The notes under the pieces: generated by a model
Told to the model about the DNA's origin: nothing
The model's database searches: none
Seen by the model: only the letters and a program-made list of their open reading frames with translations
Shown here: piece after piece, positions 28,233 through 37,919 of the stretch
Layout of the letters: each line of letters starts with the position of its first letter
How positions within the stretch are numbered: the first letter of the stretch is position 1
Program-made: the position numbers and the translations under genes
IMG/VR virus record: IMGVR_UViG_3300021197_001279
Coordinates: 1-64,000 of that record
Strand: one strand, 5' to 3'
Length of the DNA: 64,000 bases
Source of the DNA: a virus

Positions 28233-31200
28233 TTAATAAGAGATGTTTATCCTAGATAAATATCCTGTCCAATCTTTGTGTGCCGTAATTTTTACAATTA
28301 CATACTGATTATTTCTAATTTGTCTCTGTTGAAGCTGAAGTTGGAAGCTGTTTCCGTTCGCATCAACTGTCTGATCTAGTCCCGATCCACCACCACCATA
28401 GACACCAACACCATCAGTGCTGGGCTGTACTCCTGCGGAGTATGGCTTAACAGCATCACCCCAAGCAGTTGATGTATCATCTAAACCAGTAAAAGATGGA
28501 TCAGACGGTATCTTAATTTCTACATTAATAAATTTGTTTGCCCCTGGTGTGCCTGTGTAAAAAGCGCCAGACTTAGCAACTATTGTTGCATCACCATAAA
28601 GTTGTAGCGTTGGCGTTGCCGATGATACACCAGTCTGGTTTCTAAAGTACCTGTAGAATGTTCTGGTGGCTTTTGTTAGAGATGAATAATTTGGATTGTT
28701 TACAGGTGCCTGTAGTGTTCCACCGTTTGCAACGTTTCTTGTATCTCCAGCGTTTCCGATTTTTAGTGGAGAGATAGCGTAACCATTCACAGTCACCATG
28801 CCATCACAATATGCAGCATAATTTTCGTTATCATTAACAGAATTAGAAGAGTCCCAGGTATTACCACTGTTAGTTACGGCAGCTTGGTTTGCATAATTAC
28901 CAGAGACAATTCTGTAGGTTTCTGTATTAAAATACTCATTAGTGTTTAAATTAGTTGAACCAACAGAGCCAGAGTAAACCATGAAAGCAGTTTTTGAATA
29001 TGTTGTCGTTGTAAGGTTTGTTTTTATTGGGTGATCAACGGTTGATGCAACGGATACGTCATAAGCAGTAAATAAGCTAAGACCCTCTTTGATACTTGTT
29101 AGGTTATCAAACAAGACACTACCAGTAACCTGTATGTCTTCAGCCTCGCAGTTAGCACTATTGTTTAAAGCAGGTAGTGCAGAAGTTGCAGCAGAGACCT
29201 CCGAATTACTAACACCATCTCCATTTATGTTAATTTTTGTAACAGAAGAATTGGTAGTTGTTCCATAAGAAACAGCAGTTGAAGAATTCGAGTAAACGTT
29301 TGAGTAAACCTCAGAGGCTATATATTTAAAACTGGCACTTGGTCTACTAGCAAAGTATCCAACTCCTGACTGGTAATACCTATCAAGGTGATCGAAGTTA
29401 TCTAAACCAGCCGATGAAGAAGTCATAGCAACAGAACTAGAAGCATCATTGACCCAATCAACATAATTTGTTGTCGTATCTGATCCACCAATTCTATGAA
29501 TTACACGAGCATAGTTCCATCCGTTTCGCTGGTCAGTCGTACCAATTGTGTAAGTACCAGTCCTATAGTTCTTATTGTAATCAGGGATACCATCTGTTGT
29601 CTCAGAGAAACTTAACGCATTTGCAACAAAACCAGTGCCATTACTGTTTTGACTATTTATTGTACTCACTGAACTAGCCAATTGTATTGTATGTAATTCG
29701 CTTCCGTTCACCTCAATAACAAGAGAGCCTGTGTAAGCATTCTTAAAGGCATTAGTAGTATAGCTTGGGCTGTTGGCTGAGACATCTTCGTTTAAGTTAC
29801 CGTTTATGACTCTCAAAGATGTTATAACACCTCGCTGGTCTCCAGAAAAAGAATACACACCATTTGAATCTATGTTGGAACTGCCAATCGTTGAGCGTGT
29901 AGCGTTTGAATATCCAGTAACATCATTAGATGCTCCAAATGACAATTTAGAAGTTGTACCCTGGTCATCAGCATCGATGTCATCAAGAGTTGGGGCTTCT
30001 GTCGGAGCAGACACATCAGATGCTCCAAGTTGAAAATCAATTTGGCTAAATGTACCTGTCCAGCCTGCATCTGCAATCATCTTAACAACGACATAATCAT
30101 CATCTGCCACACTCTGTGTGCCAAAAGTTACGCAATGTACAGCATTAGAACTAACAGTTTCACTAGTGTTTGAGTTATCATCTGCGCCATTTATCAAAGC
30201 ACCATTGCCTTCTGCGTAACTGCCAAAGGCAAAGTTTTGTGAAACATCCAAGAAACCAGTTTTATCCGGGAACTTTACGAACATCTGCACGTTATTAGTG
30301 GTAAGCGAGTCGTTGTTAATCCTACTGCTCTTGGTTGTTGTTATTTTTAGATCTCGAATTGTTGCGCCTGATGTGTTTTGTACTTTTCGGAAGTAAGTCC
30401 TTGTCCCGGACACGCTAGAGTAATCAGGCTGGCCGCCATAAGCATTACCAGGGCCAGTGAAATCACCATTAGTAATCCCAGTACCAGAGGTGTTCTTTGG
30501 TGATTGTACTTTTTGTGCGAATACCAATAGCCCATTTGCATGATCCGAACCAGTCATGTGAGACCCAGAGTGCCAAGTTGCTGATGTTACTGCCGATTGA
30601 TTTGCAAAAGAACCAGATGGTAGACGGAAGGCTTCACTAGTAAACCTTTCAGATAAATTAGTTGTGTTGTTCGTAGTGTTGTCTAGTAGGATTCCACTAC
30701 CAGTCGCCGGCCCAACACCAGTTTGAGATTTAAACGGATGCGTGACGGTCACTTCATTTGTAAATGATGTGCCATAATATGTTGTGGTTGAGTTTGTAAA
30801 GCTAGCAGTTAATAAAATCTGCTTGGTGTAATCTTCTGATCCTCCAATTGCTGGAGGGGCTTGTGCCGTTGCAGATCCGTTAGTAGATGAGAATGTAATT
30901 ACACTCCCTGTTGGGTAAGTGTTTCTGTAGAAATTTGAAACCTGTGCATTGTAAACTGGAGCAGCAGAAGTATGGTATTTAACACCAGATAAATACTTAT
31001 CGCCTGAGAGGCCCAAGGATGAGATTCTAGGGTTGGTAAATGTAATTGCACTACCAGAAGCCTCTCCGTCGTTTAACCACTCTAAGAAGTTGGTTGTCTT
31101 CGTGCTAGCACCTATTACGTGTTTGACCTGAGCATAGTTCCAACCATTTCTCTGATCTCTGGTATCAATCACAACTTTTGAGGTTCTGTGCTTAAAGATT

Positions 31201-33212
31201 GTAAATGTTTTATTGTTTGCATCTGTAGCCGGATCAGCAACTGAAAGATTGATAAAACCAGATCCGTTTGCATTTAGGGCAATACCAGTACCTGAACCGG
31301 CGCTGCCTGTGCCTAAATCAACTGCTAGATTAATTGAATGAACGGAAGCACCGTTAACAAACAATTGTAGCGAACCAACCTCTGCATTACCAAAAGCATC
31401 TGCTGGGTGGTTCTCATTGGAACCTTCCATATCCTGAGCAACATTATAATTAACCGTCCCGGTAATCTCTTGATCTTTCTGATAAACGCCGAGTCTAAGA
31501 TTCGCACCAGATGATGCGATTGTAACTTGGTCGTTCACATCCAGTTCAGTAAAACCGGCAGTTGCTGCTTGCTGTGTATATCCTGTTGGGTCATTTGTCG
31601 TGTCAAAAGAAATCTTCATGGCATGACCAGCAGGAACGTTGTAATCAAGTTGGCTTACATCTGGTGCCGCATTTGGTACTAGAACAGAGAACAACTCATT
31701 AAAACGGTCTATCGGTGTACCAACAGGGGTCTCAGTTGTAAAGTCTAGGAAGAGTCCATCATTGTAATTTCCATCCTCGGCTGCACCAATAGTTGCGCCA
31801 CCAGAACCAAAATCAGCCCAATCACCACCAGAATTCTTAAATTGTAAGGTCCCAGAGTTATCTCTAAATCCATAGCCGCTAGCAGTGTCTGTGTCTCCAA
31901 ATGAAATGTAGCCACTACCTTGCACTCGTAAATTGTTTTTGGCAGACAAATACTTACCAGAAACCTCAAGGTCATCTGTTGTTGAATTGAATCCAAGTTT
32001 TACGTCTTGTGAATCTCCAAAGTTTATTTCTCTATCGTCTCCAACAAACACATCTCCCCAACGAAGGCTTGGTGTTCCGAGGGAAAAGTTGTCTGTTGGT
32101 ATTGCAGTTGCATCAGCATTATTTGCGGCGATTGATTTAGGAACAACGTTTCCGAAAACAACAAGACCTCTTTGTTGATCAAAATTGTTTTTATAAACTG
32201 TTCCTTGAAAATCACCAAGGACAGCAATTTCTTGAGTCCTGTCTGAGCCGCTAACAACACCATTGGAGGCGGATAATGGAGCAACTGTCTTTAGGGCAAA
32301 TCTAAAAAACGATTGTTTGGCTGTCGTATTCTCAGTTCTTTTAAACTGAATAGATCCTACTTCTTCCGCAACAGATGGAGATTCGTTAGTGGGCAGCTTA
32401 AAGCTTATCTCTCCTGCATGTAGTTGATTCGAGGTAGAACCAGAAGAAAATGTCCCGCCAAGTGTGTTAGCCAAAAAGATCTGTGGTCTTTGAGTAGCGG
32501 TAGCATTTCTATTTTCCATTTCAATTCTTGGTAAACAAACGCCAACATTATTAGAGTTCATCTTCAATGAACCCATATTTATTTCCATACCATCAGCAGG
32601 GCCTGAGCCGGTGATTGTTACGGCACCAGTTACACGAAGGTTTCCTTTAAATTGGCCACCCTTAATATCAAAGGTTTCGCCCGAACTTCCAATAGATCTC
32701 AAAGGGGCAAAGATTTTAATTGGTGATGCCCCAAAGATGCCGCCCTTAAGGGCAACCGGTGCTTCGAACACAGCAGTGCCAGAAACAGTCAGTGCAGGAT
32801 CTACGGCTCTATTGAATGTAGCGGCATCTGGAATAGAAGAGTCGGCAGCAACAGAGGCTGTAGCGCTATATTCTGTGCTTCCTTCTTTGTAAATTAAATC
32901 TGAATTGTTAGATGATGTTACTCTTATTTGCCCTGTGAATATGTGAGTATCATCAGTAGTGTTTCCAATTTGTGTTGAGCCGGTTTGTGATAAAATTATG
33001 GTCTCGTTAACATTAAGGGTATCAATGTTAAGAGTACCACTTAAATCCATGTCTCCTTTGATAAGAAGACTACCCGTCAAAACTACTGAGGAGCCATCGT
33101 AAACAAAGCTTTGGCTACCAGAGAGATTACTGGCCGAGTCCGATGTTTGGACTGCATGTGTGCCACCTCTACCAAGCGCACCTGAAACATATGCCCAACC
33201 GAATTCTGCCAT
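28233..33212 (-). CDS. Large fibre/spike-like virion protein with an internal tandem duplication
   Basis: 1659 aa, S/T/G/N-rich; 'LGTPSLRW' fibre motif; two copies of a roughly 540-aa unit (DQRNGWNYA twice, 1623 nt apart). Confidence 0.7.
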   Translation of the reverse strand: MAEFGWAYVSGALGRGGTHAVQTSDSASNLSGSQSFVYDGSSVVLTGSLLIKGDMDLSGTLNIDTLNVNETIILSQTGSTQIGNTTDDTHIFTGQIRVTSSNNSDLIYKEGSTEYSATASVAADSSIPDAATFNRAVDPALTVSGTAVFEAPVALKGGIFGASPIKIFAPLRSIGSSGETFDIKGGQFKGNLRVTGAVTITGSGPADGMEINMGSLKMNSNNVGVCLPRIEMENRNATATQRPQIFLANTLGGTFSSGSTSNQLHAGEISFKLPTNESPSVAEEVGSIQFKRTENTTAKQSFFRFALKTVAPLSASNGVVSGSDRTQEIAVLGDFQGTVYKNNFDQQRGLVVFGNVVPKSIAANNADATAIPTDNFSLGTPSLRWGDVFVGDDREINFGDSQDVKLGFNSTTDDLEVSGKYLSAKNNLRVQGSGYISFGDTDTASGYGFRDNSGTLQFKNSGGDWADFGSGGATIGAAEDGNYNDGLFLDFTTETPVGTPIDRFNELFSVLVPNAAPDVSQLDYNVPAGHAMKISFDTTNDPTGYTQQAATAGFTELDVNDQVTIASSGANLRLGVYQKDQEITGTVNYNVAQDMEGSNENHPADAFGNAEVGSLQLFVNGASVHSINLAVDLGTGSAGSGTGIALNANGSGFINLSVADPATDANNKTFTIFKHRTSKVVIDTRDQRNGWNYAQVKHVIGASTKTTNFLEWLNDGEASGSAITFTNPRISSLGLSGDKYLSGVKYHTSAAPVYNAQVSNFYRNTYPTGSVITFSSTNGSATAQAPPAIGGSEDYTKQILLTASFTNSTTTYYGTSFTNEVTVTHPFKSQTGVGPATGSGILLDNTTNNTTNLSERFTSEAFRLPSGSFANQSAVTSATWHSGSHMTGSDHANGLLVFAQKVQSPKNTSGTGITNGDFTGPGNAYGGQPDYSSVSGTRTYFRKVQNTSGATIRDLKITTTKSSRINNDSLTTNNVQMFVKFPDKTGFLDVSQNFAFGSYAEGNGALINGADDNSNTSETVSSNAVHCVTFGTQSVADDDYVVVKMIADAGWTGTFSQIDFQLGASDVSAPTEAPTLDDIDADDQGTTSKLSFGASNDVTGYSNATRSTIGSSNIDSNGVYSFSGDQRGVITSLRVINGNLNEDVSANSPSYTTNAFKNAYTGSLVIEVNGSELHTIQLASSVSTINSQNSNGTGFVANALSFSETTDGIPDYNKNYRTGTYTIGTTDQRNGWNYARVIHRIGGSDTTTNYVDWVNDASSSVAMTSSSAGLDNFDHLDRYYQSGVGYFASRPSASFKYIASEVYSNVYSNSSTAVSYGTTTNSSVTKININGDGVSNSEVSAATSALPALNNSANCEAEDIQVTGSVLFDNLTSIKEGLSLFTAYDVSVASTVDHPIKTNLTTTTYSKTAFMVYSGSVGSTNLNTNEYFNTETYRIVSGNYANQAAVTNSGNTWDSSNSVNDNENYAAYCDGMVTVNGYAISPLKIGNAGDTRNVANGGTLQAPVNNPNYSSLTKATRTFYRYFRNQTGVSSATPTLQLYGDATIVAKSGAFYTGTPGANKFINVEIKIPSDPSFTGLDDTSTAWGDAVKPYSAGVQPSTDGVGVYGGGGSGLDQTVDANGNSFQLQLQQRQIRNNQYVIVKITAHKDWTGYLSRINISY

Positions 33213-34333
33213 TATTCATCGACCCCAGACCCTGATAGTTCATACATTCTAGCAGCAGGAATCTCTGTTAGTGCTGCTTGAAGTTGATAATCTATAGCAG
33301 AACCAGAGGCGGATAAAAATACTTGCTTGCACTTTACTGGTATTGTTACTTCATCTCCGTTACCTGCCAGTGGCCAGAAGTGAAGATTTCGATAAACGTT
33401 GTTAGTCAAAAAGAAAGGGCCAATTACAGGATTTAACTCATCTGACCCTCCAAAGTTTGTTAGATCATTTAGGTCATCATTATTACCACTTGAGTCTTTA
33501 ATGATTGTATTTGCTCCATCAATGACATCATTTTCATTATCGCCAAATTGATACCATAGTTTTAAGTTGGCGCCCTCTATGTTTCTAGGATCTGCTTTCC
33601 CACCGGTATTGTAAAGCGACGTAACGTTAGCCGCACTTAACTCCGCACTCCATACTGCTACTTCATCAATACCAACTACTTTATCTAAATCAATTCCATT
33701 AAATAGAACGAACTTGGTTGAACCAGTGAGAGGGTTCCCAGTGGCCCCAGTTGTTGTCGCGACAGCGCTACCATTCCTGTAAACATTAATGGCGCCACCC
33801 GCAGCACCATCAAAGGCCACTACAAAGTGATTCCAGCCATTTGTGAATTGGTTTGCATCAGAATCTGAGAAACTCTTATATGTTCCACCGGCTGTATCCA
33901 CTGATCTGATCTGAAACCTTCCGTTAAGACCGGAGGGGTTTCTTGGTCTAAATTCAATTGCATTATCTCCAGCTTCGTTTTGCAAAGCAATGAAGTTTTC
34001 ATTAGCATTGAAAGTGCCATTACCATCACTACCGCTAATCCAAAAGGCAAATGATGCTCCGCTTCCGTTTGGAATATCGAAAACATTATCAGAAGTTCTG
34101 AAATCCATAGTCCCTTTGGCCGCCAATGCATTGTTACTTAAAGAGCCGAAATGAACACGCAGTTCACCAGAGCCACTGGTTTTCTTAACCTTAATCTCTT
34201 TTGTGACTTGATAAAAAGATATTTTTTCTTCATTCTCATCAGAAATCTGAGATCCGGTTATAAATGGAATACCAGAAACTAAGTAAGAGCCAGCGTTTTG
34301 AAGACCAGTGGTGTATTTAAATTTTTCACTCAT
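33212..34333 (-). CDS. Virion protein, paralogue family member with an inserted LamG/ConA-like lectin domain
   Basis: 'WNHFVVAFDG....NVYRNG...IDEVAVWSAELS...V..LYN' LamG-like motif, flanked by termini shared with the next two genes. Confidence 0.7.
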   Translation of the reverse strand: MSEKFKYTTGLQNAGSYLVSGIPFITGSQISDENEEKISFYQVTKEIKVKKTSGSGELRVHFGSLSNNALAAKGTMDFRTSDNVFDIPNGSGASFAFWISGSDGNGTFNANENFIALQNEAGDNAIEFRPRNPSGLNGRFQIRSVDTAGGTYKSFSDSDANQFTNGWNHFVVAFDGAAGGAINVYRNGSAVATTTGATGNPLTGSTKFVLFNGIDLDKVVGIDEVAVWSAELSAANVTSLYNTGGKADPRNIEGANLKLWYQFGDNENDVIDGANTIIKDSSGNNDDLNDLTNFGGSDELNPVIGPFFLTNNVYRNLHFWPLAGNGDEVTIPVKCKQVFLSASGSAIDYQLQAALTEIPAARMYELSGSGVDE

Positions 34334-34343
34334 TTGGTCCCCC

Positions 34344-34757
34344 TCACGTATTTATGCCAGAACCAGTAAGTTCATACATGCGCCCTACTGGAATTTGGGT
34401 TTGTGAGGCAAATACTGAAAATGTAATTGATCCGCCACTGGCATTGGAGAAGTAAATTTCTTTACATTTTAGATCTAAAGTAAGACTAGTGTTATTTGGA
34501 ACGTCGTAGTAATGCTTGTTCGCAACAACATTTGCAGTAGAACTAGTTGAGACAAGGTGCACCCTAAGATCTCTATTACTAGTGGTTTCTGTGTTTGTTA
34601 TTACTACCTGCTTTGTTACATGTAAAAACTCAAGTTCTTGCTCACTAACTCCACTACCGGCGGTATGACCTAGTGTGTAAGTCTTAAGGTAAGGGTAGCC
34701 TGAGGAGACATAACAACCTGCTGCCTGCAGGCCTGGTGTATAGTGAAAGACTGACAT
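34344..34757 (-). CDS. Small virion protein, paralogue family
   Basis: 'YTPGLQAAGCYVSSGYPY...KCKEIY...QIPVGRMYELTGSG'. Confidence 0.7.
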   Translation of the reverse strand: MSVFHYTPGLQAAGCYVSSGYPYLKTYTLGHTAGSGVSEQELEFLHVTKQVVITNTETTSNRDLRVHLVSTSSTANVVANKHYYDVPNNTSLTLDLKCKEIYFSNASGGSITFSVFASQTQIPVGRMYELTGSGINT

Positions 34758-35167
34758 TATGAAGCAACTCCTACTACTCCGTCAAGAGTAAACATTCTTT
34801 GGTCGGGTATCTCGGTTAACTCAGCATACACTTGAGCCTCAGAGGTTCCAGAGCCAGTCCAGATAAATATCTCTTTACATTTAACGTTAAAGCTTATTTC
34901 TTTACCAGCATTTACAATAAAATAATTGGCGTTATCATTTGCACCGTGAGTGTAGCCATGTTCGCCATCTGCTCTTGGCGCAAAGCCAACCCTAATTGCA
35001 GTTGAACCATCGGTGTTTTTCACTAAAATTGACTTAGAAACTTGAGGAAAAACAAACCTCTCGCTAGTACTAGCATTAATCCCAGTAGAACCAGAAAGGT
35101 AAGGACGACCAGCAACTTGATAAGAGCCAACGTTATGAAGACCAGCGGTATAATAAAAATTTGACAT
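34757..35167 (-). CDS. Small virion protein, paralogue family
   Basis: 'YTAGLHNVGSYQVAGRPY...KCKEIF...LTEIPDQRMF'. Confidence 0.7.
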   Translation of the reverse strand: MSNFYYTAGLHNVGSYQVAGRPYLSGSTGINASTSERFVFPQVSKSILVKNTDGSTAIRVGFAPRADGEHGYTHGANDNANYFIVNAGKEISFNVKCKEIFIWTGSGTSEAQVYAELTEIPDQRMFTLDGVVGVAS

Positions 35168-35184
35168 TTTGGACTCCTATAAGT

Positions 35185-35191
35185 TAATTAG
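35185..35191 (-). promoter_or_regulatory. Putative late promoter variant CTAATTA overlapping the bS21 stop codon
   Basis: Upstream of the AGGAG SD of 34757-35167. Confidence 0.45.
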
Positions 35192-35400
35192 TTGTTTTGG
35201 GCCATTTTTCTCATTCTTTTTTTATGCCTGGCAATCGCCTTTTTCTTTGCTAAACGCTTCTTTTCAGAAGGTTTACGAAAATACCTTCTTTCCCGAACCT
35301 CGTCAAAAATTCCAGATTTTTTACATTTTCTCTGGAATCTTTTGATGAATCGATTTGGGTCTTCATTTTTTCTGGGTTTTACCGTAATGTTAGTTGCCAT
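35188..35400 (-). CDS. rpsU: Phage-encoded 30S ribosomal protein bS21
   Basis: 70 aa, basic; 'IKRFQRKCKKSGIFDEVRERRYFRKPSEKKR' matches the S21 signature. Confidence 0.9.
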   Translation of the reverse strand: MATNITVKPRKNEDPNRFIKRFQRKCKKSGIFDEVRERRYFRKPSEKKRLAKKKAIARHKKRMRKMAQNN

Positions 35401-35401
35401 T

Positions 35402-35839
35402 TTAATTTCCTGCTAGTTTTTTCCAAACGCCACTTGAAGCAAAAGCCCCAATGTTAACGCCCGGGTCGTTAGGTGCCATACCGTCTAATGCTTTTGATCC
35501 ATGTGGCGCATTTGACGTGCCGCTGTTTCTATTGGACATTGGTGTAGTCCCCTCAAAAAGATCAACACCATTATATGCACCTTGTCCAATAGAGTCAAGA
35601 AGAGCCTTTCGCCTCTGCTTTTCTGCTTCTGCACGTTCATGTAATCTTCGGTTTGCTTGCTCATCAGACTCTAATTGCACTCTCTGTTTGTTCTCTTGCA
35701 TTAAAGGTTGTTGGTGTTGAGATGTACCTATCATAACTTCACTAATGATAGTTGACAGGGTACCTTCTTCAAAAATAACTTCTTTAATGCACTCCTTAAT
35801 TAGAGGTCTTAGCATTTTCTTTAATTCTGTCTTGTTCAT
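35402..35839 (-). CDS. Hypothetical head-associated protein
   Basis: N-terminal 'MNKTELKKMLRPLIKECIKEV' leader; directly after the prohead protease. Confidence 0.7.
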   Translation of the reverse strand: MNKTELKKMLRPLIKECIKEVIFEEGTLSTIISEVMIGTSQHQQPLMQENKQRVQLESDEQANRRLHERAEAEKQRRKALLDSIGQGAYNGVDLFEGTTPMSNRNSGTSNAPHGSKALDGMAPNDPGVNIGAFASSGVWKKLAGN

Positions 35840-36457
35840 TTAATCCCCTAGAATTCTTCTAAATAGCCCATCGATGTTGTTCTCTTTTCTCTCCTTAAGG
35901 CGAGATGAAACAACCTCAGACATCCCTCTACCAGGATAAACATAGGCATCTGGAGTGGAAGGTTCGGACACAATGTCAAAACAAATCAATTGGAAGTCAG
36001 CCTCTACAACTGTCTTTCCCATGCTTTCTCGGACAGATCCAAGTCCACGAGAAGAAATACCAAGTTTAACCCCGGCATTCACTAGGTCTTTAAGAATTCT
36101 ACCTGAAGGAGTGTCGAGGACTTTAATCTTACCCATAACATCCTTTCCTTCCCACCAAACTTGAGTTATAATGTGAGAAACATTCTTAAGGTTAACAACT
36201 GAATCGTCTGGGTGATCTAGTTCACCGCATGCGCGATTGTCTTTGACTACCCGACTATAGTTGTCCATTTCTCTCTTAAGAACCTCGTAAGGGTACACAC
36301 GGCCATTTCCGTTCTGCTTGTCTGCAGTTTGAATACGACCAGAAAGAAACATTGTTCCATCGTTCATAGCCTCTCTCTTCTCGGCCTCTGTTAAGAGATC
36401 AAGACAGACACCATCTTTGCAAAGTTCATAAAATTCTTGTAAAAGTTCTTTTCCCAT
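35840..36457 (-). CDS. Prohead core protease (gp21-like)
   Basis: 'NGNGRVYP', 'GELDHP', 'VSH.I', 'TPSGRIL', 'GISSRGLGS', 'D.VSEPSTPDA'. Start moved to the ATG at 36457. Confidence 0.95.
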   Translation of the reverse strand: MGKELLQEFYELCKDGVCLDLLTEAEKREAMNDGTMFLSGRIQTADKQNGNGRVYPYEVLKREMDNYSRVVKDNRACGELDHPDDSVVNLKNVSHIITQVWWEGKDVMGKIKVLDTPSGRILKDLVNAGVKLGISSRGLGSVRESMGKTVVEADFQLICFDIVSEPSTPDAYVYPGRGMSEVVSSRLKERKENNIDGLFRRILGD

Positions 36458-36469
36458 ACCTTCCCTCAA

Positions 36470-36499
36470 AATAAAAAATAGAGTGGGCGCCACCCACTC
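36470..36499 (-). terminator. Hairpin plus U-tract immediately upstream of the protease RBS
   Basis: GAGTGGG-TGGCG-CCCACTC followed by TATTTTTTATTTT. Confidence 0.6.
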
Positions 36500-36502
36500 G
36501 CG

Positions 36503-36562
36503 TTAAGAACCGCTGCAACAACGGCGGACTGGCTGTAATGTCCAACGCTTAATCACCAACAT
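36503..36562 (-). CDS. Putative 19-aa peptide MLVIKRWTLQPVRRCCSGS
   Basis: ATG preceded by GGGGGTG, overlaps the end of 36549-36878, TAA just before the hairpin. Confidence 0.45.
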   Translation of the reverse strand: MLVIKRWTLQPVRRCCSGS

Positions 36563-36878
36563 GTTCACCCCCTGGTCTTGGTGATACTCTTAGGCCAAAG
36601 TCATTGACTAAAACCGAGAGCAAATAAGTAGTACCCGCCCCTAAACAGGCTAGGCAAAAAGCATTCGCAAGCGAATACTCGAATGTAAATAGTTCCGTAA
36701 AGCCGTTAATGCCAAAAAGAAACAAGGAACACCACCAACCCATGCATAACGGGCAGTTCCATAAAGTGTTCCATTTTTTTGTGTAATCTTTTTTTGGCCT
36801 TATGTTCTCAAAAATCTTTCCGTAGACAATAATAAATGTCATTCCGTAAGCAGTTAAGATGAAATGTAACGTATCCAA
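36549..36878 (-). CDS. Membrane protein with CPLC motif (DUF1360-like)
   Basis: Three hydrophobic segments and 'LWNCPLCMGWW'. Confidence 0.6.
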   Translation of the reverse strand: MDTLHFILTAYGMTFIIVYGKIFENIRPKKDYTKKWNTLWNCPLCMGWWCSLFLFGINGFTELFTFEYSLANAFCLACLGAGTTYLLSVLVNDFGLRVSPRPGGEHVGD

Positions 36879-36879
36879 T

Positions 36880-37389
36880 TTAACCTCGCTGTAATCCGTA
36901 AGTTATTAAAAACCATAGGTCACGATCAAAATAATCTTCTTCTATGTGTTCTTCGCTTTTACCAAAAAATCTTATTTCCACTGGGATTGGCTGGTCTGTT
37001 TGGCACCCTAGTCGTATACGATGGTTGCCCTCATACACTCTGGCTATGATATCATCACCTTTCCATTCGGCAACAATAAGCACAGGTTCTTGTATTCCCC
37101 TTTCGGCAACGTCGGCTTTGAGATCAGCCCATTCATCAAAATCATAACGACCGGTTCCTAGCCCAGAACCTCTCCTGAAGCCTCTTTCGTGCTCTCCTGC
37201 CTTGCCTTTCATTCTTGTGATTGGACCACCATTATCCTTACAAATAGCAAAACCTCTGTACGTTGCAGTTAAGTGGTCGTTGTCTTTCTCTGTATGATAC
37301 CCAGGGTGTTTTTTTAATTTACCCTCAAACTCTTTGTTTTCGTTTAGAAACTTACGCCAACTCTCAAGTATGATTCGTTGTTTACTCAT
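36880..37389 (-). CDS. ParB/sulfiredoxin-like N-terminal domain protein
   Basis: 'LKADVAERGIQEPVLI...VYEGNHR.......IPV'; N-terminal 'ILESWRKFLNE' leader. Confidence 0.65.
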   Translation of the reverse strand: MSKQRIILESWRKFLNENKEFEGKLKKHPGYHTEKDNDHLTATYRGFAICKDNGGPITRMKGKAGEHERGFRRGSGLGTGRYDFDEWADLKADVAERGIQEPVLIVAEWKGDDIIARVYEGNHRIRLGCQTDQPIPVEIRFFGKSEEHIEEDYFDRDLWFLITYGLQRG

Positions 37390-37919
37390 TAGTAACTGTA
37401 CCTTCCATAAAGGTAAGGAGCAAACAGATTATTTTGATTGATTGATCCCTTCTCGGCCTCGGCAGGAACTTCACCAAGTTCTGTTGACTCTTCTTTATCA
37501 GGCTCAAGTAACGCATCGTCTTGCATGGCATCGTAAGCAGTTGTGCCGGCAATGTAAGACTGTTCTGTCTTAAACCACTCAGATAATGATAGGAGGGTGG
37601 CTTTTATTGAGTCAAGTTTCTCTGACTCCATTATTGTACCTTCCATTGATCCATAAACATTACCGCCCTGGATTGAATCGTATTCAATGATACCTTGCTT
37701 TCTAAGGAACTCTAGCATTCTAGATTCCGCACCGTAAACAAGATCCGACATGATGTCTTTTGGGAAAGCAATTACCTTGTTGTCTTTTTGTTTAATAATG
37801 ATGTCAATGTCTTTATGTTCCATAATCATCAAGTCGCCGTTGAGAGCAGACCTAATGTTCATCTCAAATGTTATGTTAAACTCTTTTTCCAACTCTTCAA
37901 TGTTAATTTTAATGGCCAT
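37389..37919 (-). CDS. Hypothetical protein (head module)
   Basis: 176 aa, acidic, overlaps or abuts its neighbours. Confidence 0.7.
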   Translation of the reverse strand: MAIKINIEELEKEFNITFEMNIRSALNGDLMIMEHKDIDIIIKQKDNKVIAFPKDIMSDLVYGAESRMLEFLRKQGIIEYDSIQGGNVYGSMEGTIMESEKLDSIKATLLSLSEWFKTEQSYIAGTTAYDAMQDDALLEPDKEESTELGEVPAEAEKGSINQNNLFAPYLYGRYSY

